A DNA stretch of 64,000 nucleotides from an uncultured Flavobacteriaceae bacterium. Its GTDB lineage: Bacteria; Bacteroidota; Bacteroidia; Flavobacteriales; Flavobacteriaceae. The notes beneath the pieces were generated by a model. That model saw only the letters and a program-made list of their open reading frames with translations, had not been told where the DNA came from and did not search any database. The DNA lies in the NCBI GenBank assembly GCA_913030895.1, contig CAJWGK010000001.1, positions 11,138-75,137 on the forward strand, given 5' to 3'. A program made the translations under genes and the position numbers. Positions 57,449-64,000 of the stretch are shown here, one piece after another (position 1 is the stretch's first letter; the number at the start of each line of letters is the position of its first letter).

Positions 57449-57616
57449 TTGAGTTTTTGGCGCGTACTTTTATCGATTTTTTCCCCCCCGCTAGCGGTAA
57501 TTGACCAGGGCTGTGGCTCAATTATCATTGTTTTTTTATTGACCCTTTGCGGTTGGGTGCCCGGGGTTATTGCCGCGCTGGTTATTTTAAACAATCCCGA
57601 TCGGTGGAATGATTAA
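57449..57616 (+). CDS. YqaE/Pmp3-family small hydrophobic membrane protein (55 aa, TTG start); below the ORF-track cut-off
   Basis: Hand translation: '(M)SFWRVLLSIFSPPLAVIDQGCGSIIIVFLLTLCGWVPGVIAALVILNNPDRWND*'. This matches the Pmp3 pattern 'PPLAV...G....LLTLLGWIPG.IHA'. The stop overlaps the lipB ATG (ATGATTAA). Confidence 0.7.
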   Translation: MSFWRVLLSIFSPPLAVIDQGCGSIIIVFLLTLCGWVPGVIAALVILNNPDRWND

Positions 57617-58313
57617 AAACAAAAAAGTAAAGATTACTGAACTTGGATTACTGCCCTACAGTGAGGCATGGAAACTTCAAGAGGACTATTTTTCTGAAAT
57701 AATTGCAGTTAAGCGTCAAAATCGCGCATCCGATCAGCCAATTCCTTCACCAAATCATTTGTTAATGGTAGAACATCCTCCGGTCTTTACGCTAGGGAAA
57801 AGTGGTAAAATAGAACATTTACTCGTTCAGGAAAATGCTTTAAAATCGAAGGGTATTGAGTTTTTCAAAACCAATCGTGGGGGAGACATTACATTTCACG
57901 GCCCCGGCCAATTGGTCGGTTATCCCATACTCGATTTAGATAATTTCTTTACCGATATTCACAAATACCTTCGTTATTTGGAGGAGGTAATCATCAAGAC
58001 GCTTAATGATTTCGGACTAAAAGGTGCTCGAAGTGACGGAGAAACTGGCGTTTGGCTAGACTTAGACACCCCTTTTGCCCGAAAAATATGTGCTATGGGG
58101 GTGCGTGCCAGCCGATGGGTTACTATGCATGGATTTGCTTTAAACATCAATACCGACCTTTCTTATTTTGACTATATCGTCCCTTGTGGAATTCAAGGTA
58201 AAGGGGTGACTTCCCTTGCCAAAGAACTCAAAAAGGAAGTCGATCCAGCTCTAGTTAAGGCTGCGGTACTCAAACATTTTTCTGAAATTTTTGAAGTGGA
58301 AATCATCGATTGA
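57609..58313 (+). CDS. lipB: Lipoyl(octanoyl) transferase
   Basis: 'VEHPPVFTLG', 'RGGDITFHGPGQLVGYPI' and 'KICAMGV' with the catalytic Cys/Lys region. Confidence 0.93.
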   Translation: MIKNKKVKITELGLLPYSEAWKLQEDYFSEIIAVKRQNRASDQPIPSPNHLLMVEHPPVFTLGKSGKIEHLLVQENALKSKGIEFFKTNRGGDITFHGPGQLVGYPILDLDNFFTDIHKYLRYLEEVIIKTLNDFGLKGARSDGETGVWLDLDTPFARKICAMGVRASRWVTMHGFALNINTDLSYFDYIVPCGIQGKGVTSLAKELKKEVDPALVKAAVLKHFSEIFEVEIID

Positions 58314-60750
58314 TTTCATAAACCAAAATACTGTTGTCTTCTGCTGTCACAACCATTTCTAGTGCCTTGTCCTTGTCACTATTAGACAAGTCTATTGCTG
58401 AGTTACCATAGACAGGAAAACCCTCTACCGCTTTTCCGTTGCTGTAGAAAAGATAAACTTTTTGAGCTTCTTGATCGGTAGTGCTTATGTAAAGTGTATT
58501 GTTTAGATAAAAGATTTTTGGTGAGGTGTAATTTCCAAAAGGAAGTATAACGGGTATGCCTTTGATGTTGAGATTGTTCTCGGATAAAGTTACCAGTGAT
58601 TTGGTTGTGGCATCTATTTTGTGATTTGGACTTAGCCCAAGGGAGGAGGTGACCTTGTTCCCCCTAGTATCTATTTGAATCAGGCTGCCCTCTCGATTTG
58701 TTGTAGCAAAGGTATTCAGATAGGAGAAAATTTCATTGTCACTAAATTTAATGTCACCTTTCACTTTTATGCGATCCAGTCCAGTGCGGGAAACAATTTT
58801 TAAACGATTGTTCTCCAGAGGCATGACGATATAATCTTTCCCCTGAAATCGCAGGTGTTTCGGTGCGGAAAGAATTGGCGCATCAACTTTTTTAAGCTTA
58901 AAGCCATTGACCCTTTTTCCATCGCCATTATACATGTAAATCGACCTGTCTTGTGTGACTAAAAAACGGTAGTTGCGGTTATTGTCATAATCAAAAATGG
59001 CTAAGGGTAGTGGTTGGTTGCTCTTAGGTAATTTGATGTTAAAAGGCTTAACTATATTACCATTTCTGTCTAAAACCATTAGCCTGTTTTGAGTCCTAAA
59101 AGCCATCTGTAAACGTTTATTTTTATACAAATCCACTTGTTGGATGGGGCCAATTATTTTAGCATCTAATTGTTTTTTCCAATATAATTTTCCAGTATTG
59201 GAAAATAAGTAGAGGATATTTTCTTGGTCCTGAACGGCAATATCCATTCCATTATTCCGGTGATTTTTTAGCCATTGGGGAGGGATGGTAGCTGCTTTGG
59301 GTAACGCGATTGAAAAGGAATTGTTGACACCTCCTTTATTTTGAAATGGTTGATCTTTTTGAACACTTAGGTGAAGGTGTGAAAAGTCCTCTTCCCCAAC
59401 CCCTTGGAATACGACTAGAGGATAGTCCGATACGGGGAGTGTTGACAGCCCTTTGGTAGTGTTACCATTATTTTCCCAATAGTCGATCAAGTTCTTGGTT
59501 TGTCCAATCCAGAGGAAAGAATTTTCGTTGGCCAACCGCTCCTTAAGAGCCTTAAAAGTTGGATTTTTACCCAAGGTATTTTGGTCAATATAGTTAGTCA
59601 ATAGATTTTTTAGTCCGCTTTCCGTTTCACTTAAGATCAAATAATCTTCATATAGACATGACCATGCTGGACTGACTTTTTGTCCAAAACTGGACAACAA
59701 ACTGATCAGTTCTTTGGGTAACTCAATTTTACTATAGCTAGCTCCTCGATAGGTTTTTGGTTCAGCATTTCCAAGAGTAAAATCAGGAATATCTTCCAGT
59801 GAATTTAGGTGAAAAATCACCGACTGTTCCGTTCCAGCATTTACCCATCCAATTTCACTAACCGAATTGAGGGGGGAGAAATCTATTTTATTCAGGGGGA
59901 TATTCGCACTTCTACTATAATCCTTAAAATTGTCCTCAAACTGTCGCACATTATCAACGGTTATACTTAAATAAGAGGTGAAGTTTTTAGGAACTATATT
60001 GTGGAGGTGTGTTTCTCTTGGCTTAAGAGATTTGATAAGGTTTAGGGCGTCTGGGATGGAATCGTTTAAAAACGCAACGCCGTCAAGAGAGAAATAATCT
60101 CCTTCAACCTCTAAATCTAAGGCTAACCATTGTTTTCCAGTTTTAGGAAAAAGAGGTGTGCTGGGAAAAACTGAATTGAACAGGGATTTGGAGGATGGAT
60201 GAATAAAAAAGTTAATGGTCAGATCTTGGTCGATGCTTTCTGCCAACTGAAAAAATTCAGGACTGGTTATTCCACGATTTTTTCTTTGAAAATTTCGTAT
60301 ACCATTTTCAACCATTAGTTGGGATTCAGCGATCATTTTCAAATTCCCCAGTTTGGAAATATAAAATGTTTGCCCTCCTTTATCAATAGTGCCAATAGTC
60401 TGTCCGCTATATTTAAGTTCTGTTTGATAAGTGATTAAGGAGTCTGCAGGGGTTGTTTTTGTGATAAAACCCACTGCATTTTGATCCTTTCCGATGGGCG
60501 TGATACAATATGCAAATGGAAGTGGGGTGCGCTGTGGGGTAATATTTTTTATGGTCTTTTTTAGACCAGGTTCTAATTCAAAAATTTTTAACAACAATTC
60601 TGAGCTGCTAAGCGCTAAGGTATCATTCACCTGAATTACAATGGAAGTGTTTTGCGGAATCGCCTCCATGATTTGAAGGTTTTGGGGGATTTTGTCAGTA
60701 CAACCTGCAAGGGCAAGGAAAATGAAAAGGGGTAGATAATATTTTATCAT
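58303..60750 (-). CDS. Large uncharacterised lipoprotein (~815 aa) with repetitive beta-rich C-terminal half
   Basis: Taken from the internal Met: 'MIKYYLPLFIFLALAGC' has a lipobox. The C-terminal ~330 aa shows recurring 'L.V.DRNGN.V.GF'-like units, suggesting a beta-propeller (inference). Confidence 0.55.
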   Translation of the reverse strand: MIKYYLPLFIFLALAGCTDKIPQNLQIMEAIPQNTSIVIQVNDTLALSSSELLLKIFELEPGLKKTIKNITPQRTPLPFAYCITPIGKDQNAVGFITKTTPADSLITYQTELKYSGQTIGTIDKGGQTFYISKLGNLKMIAESQLMVENGIRNFQRKNRGITSPEFFQLAESIDQDLTINFFIHPSSKSLFNSVFPSTPLFPKTGKQWLALDLEVEGDYFSLDGVAFLNDSIPDALNLIKSLKPRETHLHNIVPKNFTSYLSITVDNVRQFEDNFKDYSRSANIPLNKIDFSPLNSVSEIGWVNAGTEQSVIFHLNSLEDIPDFTLGNAEPKTYRGASYSKIELPKELISLLSSFGQKVSPAWSCLYEDYLILSETESGLKNLLTNYIDQNTLGKNPTFKALKERLANENSFLWIGQTKNLIDYWENNGNTTKGLSTLPVSDYPLVVFQGVGEEDFSHLHLSVQKDQPFQNKGGVNNSFSIALPKAATIPPQWLKNHRNNGMDIAVQDQENILYLFSNTGKLYWKKQLDAKIIGPIQQVDLYKNKRLQMAFRTQNRLMVLDRNGNIVKPFNIKLPKSNQPLPLAIFDYDNNRNYRFLVTQDRSIYMYNGDGKRVNGFKLKKVDAPILSAPKHLRFQGKDYIVMPLENNRLKIVSRTGLDRIKVKGDIKFSDNEIFSYLNTFATTNREGSLIQIDTRGNKVTSSLGLSPNHKIDATTKSLVTLSENNLNIKGIPVILPFGNYTSPKIFYLNNTLYISTTDQEAQKVYLFYSNGKAVEGFPVYGNSAIDLSNSDKDKALEMVVTAEDNSILVYEINR

Positions 60751-60837
60751 ATCAACCAAAAATATTAAAACTCCCACTCTTGTTTGGATTAATTCAATGA
60801 ATATATTCCACTAACTTTTCAACAATAGGAATCATTA

Positions 60838-61437
60838 TTACTTAAAGTTGAGTTCCAATTGTTTTGGGAGCAATTGAAAAGATTTTCGGTGGTAAGGCGA
60901 TGGTCCATTGAGTTTTATGGCTGCTCTGTGGACTTTTGTTGGATAGCCTTTATTTTTATACCATTGATAGTCAGGATACTCTTCATGAATTTTTTTCATG
61001 TAGTCATCTCTGTAAGTTTTTGCCAAAACTGAGGCAGCGGCAATATTCAGGTATTTACCATCACCTTTTATTACACATTCATGGGGAATATTGTCATAAG
61101 GGTGAAACCGATTTCCGTCGACTGCGATAAATTCTGGTTTTTTTTTCAGTTGTTGCAAGGCCAAATGCATGGCTTTAATGCTGGCATTTAGAATATTGAT
61201 TTGATCGATTTCCTGGGGGTAGACATGGGCATACGAAAATGACACAGCTTGCGTCTCGATCAATGGACGTAGTTCATATCGCTGCTTTTCGTTGAGTTGC
61301 TTGGAATCATTTAAAAAGGGCAAATCAAAAATTTTGGGTAATATCACAGCAGCAGCAGTTACTGGTCCTGCCAAACACCCTCTGCCGGCTTCATCCGTTC
61401 CTGCTTCAATCTTAAATGAAAACTGTGCTACTAACAA
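60838..61437 (-). CDS. rnhB: Ribonuclease HII
   Basis: '[15 protein letters not shown]' catalytic DEAGRG motif and 'DSKQL'. Confidence 0.93.
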   Translation of the reverse strand: MLVAQFSFKIEAGTDEAGRGCLAGPVTAAAVILPKIFDLPFLNDSKQLNEKQRYELRPLIETQAVSFSYAHVYPQEIDQINILNASIKAMHLALQQLKKKPEFIAVDGNRFHPYDNIPHECVIKGDGKYLNIAAASVLAKTYRDDYMKKIHEEYPDYQWYKNKGYPTKVHRAAIKLNGPSPYHRKSFQLLPKQLELNFK

Positions 61438-61510
61438 TGTCAGATTTTCGTTTACCTTATTAAAGACAATTTAAGTACATTTATTTTAACTTCGCATCAA
61501 ATTCGTTTTA

Positions 61511-63892
61511 ATGAGGCGACAGTTTTCTGTTTTTTTTCTACTGTTTACCACCTTTGCATTTGCTCAAGAGATTGACAACATCCAACAAAAGGATTCTGAG
61601 AGTAATAACACCCTCGAGGTTGCTGGTTTTTCCGTTCCTGTGCAAGCAGTAGATAGCTTGTCGGTTGCTAATGATAGTATTATAGCAGCAGCTGTCCCAC
61701 AAATTAGCCAAAAGGATTCGATTCGATTTTTGAATTTTTCACTCCCTAAATTGGGGATTCTAAAAAATGTGGTCATCAAAACCCCTGAAGAGGAACAGGC
61801 AGATTCTTTGCCTAAGAGATTTCAGATCATGGATCGAGTGAGTTTAGATCACGATAGTAGATTGCTTTCAGTGGAATTATTTACTCAGCTTTTAGACTCT
61901 TTTTCATTAGAGAGAACGGAGTATAAGTTGCGCCAAATTAAGCTTAGAAAAATTGCCCAAAAACCGATTAAAGAAATGAACGAAATAACGGTTGAGGATT
62001 ATAAGATTTTCTATTCAGATGGAACCGAGACCCATTTGGATACCACCCTTAATATTAATAAGGATTATCGTTTTAATTACTTACGGAAGGATTATTTTGA
62101 ATTATTGACTTTCCCTAATACTGGTGAAGGTTACAATAAACTTGGCTATGATTTCCAGGGGCAGAAGAAAACCCCCCAAATCGGTGCTAGGGCAAAACAT
62201 TTTGCCTACATGGAGGAGGAGGAGACACCATATTTTGAGGTGCCCACTCCAATGACAGAACTTTTTTTTAAATCTGTTTTTGAGCAAGGTCAAATGGTAG
62301 ATGCTTTAATTACGGTCAACACCTCCCCAAGGTTTAATTTGTCAGTAGCACATAAGGCTTACCGATCTTTGGGTAAATACATCAATACACTGGGAGGGGG
62401 GACTAATGTTCGCTTTACCACACATTATACTTCCAAAAATTACCGTTATCGGCAGCGCTCCCATTTTGTAGCGCAAAAATTGGAGAATCAAGCCAATGGA
62501 GGGTTGGATTCTTTAAGTGTTTACTATTTTGAAAAAGCGGTGGATGAACTTGAATACGATGGTTTTTTGGATCGATCTAGACTGGACAATAATGTAGAAG
62601 TAGATAATACACTTTCAGGAAGACGTTATTTTATCGATCAACAATATGATGTAATAATCGGTGGAAACAATAAGATGTTTAATTACGAACGCCCTAAAAT
62701 TTTGACTGTAGGGCATAAGATAAATTATGAGATCAAAAGGTTCATTTATCAAAATACCGAAGCAAATAGTTTTTTTGGAACCGTATCAGGCACAGCTACT
62801 TTCGGTGTTAAAAACTATTTGGACACAACGGATAATGAGTTCTATGCCATTTATAACAATAAAAATCTAGGACAGCTCAAAGCGGGAATCCGTATCATTA
62901 ATTGGGACTACTATATTGTTTTTCCAGAAGATCAAGGCATGGAGGTGCCTGTAAACCGAGGGCCATATCCCACAGCTATTAAAGCCAATCAGTTTGCGCT
63001 AGATGCCTACTGGAAGAAAACCTTCCTTAAATTTAACTTTAAGGCGGAAGGTTATTTTTCAGTTAAAAAGGAATACGCTACTCAATTTTTATCTGGCGAA
63101 GTCAATAGGGAATTTAACAACGAATTTTTTGTCAAAGCCAAACTTAGTCTGCGTACCCAAGCTCCTAACTTTAACTTTTTCCTTAATCGAAGTAATTATA
63201 TCGAATACGACTGGTATAATCCGAGTCTTAAAAACCAGCAATTCAATACGCTAGAATTTATGCTAAGTCATCCCATATGGGGGCATATTCAAGGTAAATA
63301 TGAGCTGATCAATAATTATACTTATTTCAGAAACCTGTTGCCTTTTCAAAGGAAAATTTCATTTTCAGAAACAACCAATAAGCTGGAAGAGGAATTGTTG
63401 GTTGCCCCAGAACAATCTGAAAATCAGATCAATTATCTAAAGTTGAGATGGAACAAACAGCTTAATCTGGGTAAATTTTCGCTGGCCAACACATTGCAGT
63501 ATCAACAAGTCACTCAGAACGGTGCTGAGGAAGCTTTCAAGCCACTTAATGTGCCCGAATGGAATGTTAGAAGTTCTCTATTTTTCTCAAGTCAACTATT
63601 TGGTAAAGCTCTTTACCTACAGACCGGTATTACCGCACAGTATTTCACAAAATATTATGGTGACCGTTACAGTCCTTTAATAGGTGAGTTCGCCTCTCAG
63701 AATCATACTGAAATAGGAGATTTCCCAAGAATAGATTTCTTTATTAATGCTAAAATCCAGCAAACCAGGTTGTTCTTAAAGTTTGAGCATATTAACGACG
63801 ACAGAACAGGCTACAACTATTTTGCTGCACCATTCACACCTTATCGCGATTCATTTTTGCGATTTGGTATCGTTTGGAACTTTTTCCAGTAG
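61511..63892 (+). CDS. Large predicted outer-membrane beta-barrel protein ('putative porin' family of Bacteroidota)
   Basis: Signal peptide 'FFLLFTTFAFAQ'. The long sequence is rich in alternating aromatic/polar beta-strand patterns. The C-terminus 'FLRFGIVWNFFQ' resembles an OMP beta-signal. Confidence 0.5.
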   Translation: MRRQFSVFFLLFTTFAFAQEIDNIQQKDSESNNTLEVAGFSVPVQAVDSLSVANDSIIAAAVPQISQKDSIRFLNFSLPKLGILKNVVIKTPEEEQADSLPKRFQIMDRVSLDHDSRLLSVELFTQLLDSFSLERTEYKLRQIKLRKIAQKPIKEMNEITVEDYKIFYSDGTETHLDTTLNINKDYRFNYLRKDYFELLTFPNTGEGYNKLGYDFQGQKKTPQIGARAKHFAYMEEEETPYFEVPTPMTELFFKSVFEQGQMVDALITVNTSPRFNLSVAHKAYRSLGKYINTLGGGTNVRFTTHYTSKNYRYRQRSHFVAQKLENQANGGLDSLSVYYFEKAVDELEYDGFLDRSRLDNNVEVDNTLSGRRYFIDQQYDVIIGGNNKMFNYERPKILTVGHKINYEIKRFIYQNTEANSFFGTVSGTATFGVKNYLDTTDNEFYAIYNNKNLGQLKAGIRIINWDYYIVFPEDQGMEVPVNRGPYPTAIKANQFALDAYWKKTFLKFNFKAEGYFSVKKEYATQFLSGEVNREFNNEFFVKAKLSLRTQAPNFNFFLNRSNYIEYDWYNPSLKNQQFNTLEFMLSHPIWGHIQGKYELINNYTYFRNLLPFQRKISFSETTNKLEEELLVAPEQSENQINYLKLRWNKQLNLGKFSLANTLQYQQVTQNGAEEAFKPLNVPEWNVRSSLFFSSQLFGKALYLQTGITAQYFTKYYGDRYSPLIGEFASQNHTEIGDFPRIDFFINAKIQQTRLFLKFEHINDDRTGYNYFAAPFTPYRDSFLRFGIVWNFFQ

Positions 63893-63897
63893 TCCTA

Positions 63898-64000
63898 TTA
63901 AACGGCGATTAAATCACCAGCCTTATTTTTTTGTGGAAGACTAGAAGTCCCCATCAGATAGGTGTCAATCTGGTGAGCTGCTTCACGACCCTCTGAAATT
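63898..64000 (-). CDS. C-terminal fragment of a glutamate synthase small-subunit-like (GltD-type) FAD/NAD oxidoreductase; rest outside window
   Basis: Hand translation of the minus strand: '..ISEGREAAHQIDTYLMGTSSLPQKNKAGDLIAV*'. 'AI.EGR.AA..ID.YLMG' is the conserved GltD C-terminus. Confidence 0.55.
   Translation of the reverse strand, partial: ISEGREAAHQIDTYLMGTSSLPQKNKAGDLIAV

Noticed and set aside
57295-57594. 99-aa minus-strand ORF spanning the lysS start and the lysS-lipB spacer
   Set aside because: It overlaps the lysS N-terminus and is antisense to the Pmp3/YqaE-like frame, which has a clear family signature. Its own translation has no recognisable features.

Overview
AT-rich, very gene-dense chromosomal segment, about 60 protein genes and one tRNA. 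It is clearly from a Bacteroidota (Flavobacteriia-like) genome: there is a complete gldK-gldL-gldM-gldN type IX secretion/gliding core operon, TAnnTTTG-type -7 promoter boxes sit in front of many genes, and Shine-Dalgarno sequences are essentially absent. Most of the content is housekeeping. On the minus strand: surE/lpxB/comEC; purH followed by mreB-mreC-mreD-mrdA-rodA; and the colinear block miaB / sigma54 activator / lptE / TPR-like / secG with groES-groEL downstream. Also present are topA, trxB, era, der, alaS, hemL, lysS, lipB, rnhB and an initiator tRNA-Met. I saw no CRISPR array, transposase or integrase, and no defence-island-like block. Reading the gaps by hand recovered three items below the ORF-track size cut-off: a Pmp3/YqaE proteolipid gene overlapping the lipB start, a cysteine-rich DUF5522-like mini-gene, and a decayed GIY-YIG nuclease pseudogene next to the tRNA. 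The least-understood blocks, and my best candidates for undescribed biology, are these: (1) a cytoplasmic HMA metal-binding domain fused to a MauE/DoxX-type membrane domain, paired with a secreted variant HMA protein carrying a C-terminal CC motif; (2) an arginase-fold protein with apparently degenerate Mn ligands, translationally coupled to topA and directly upstream of gldK; (3) an ~815-aa lipoprotein and a ~790-aa predicted beta-barrel flanking rnhB. All family assignments come from motif recognition by eye. None has been verified by search.
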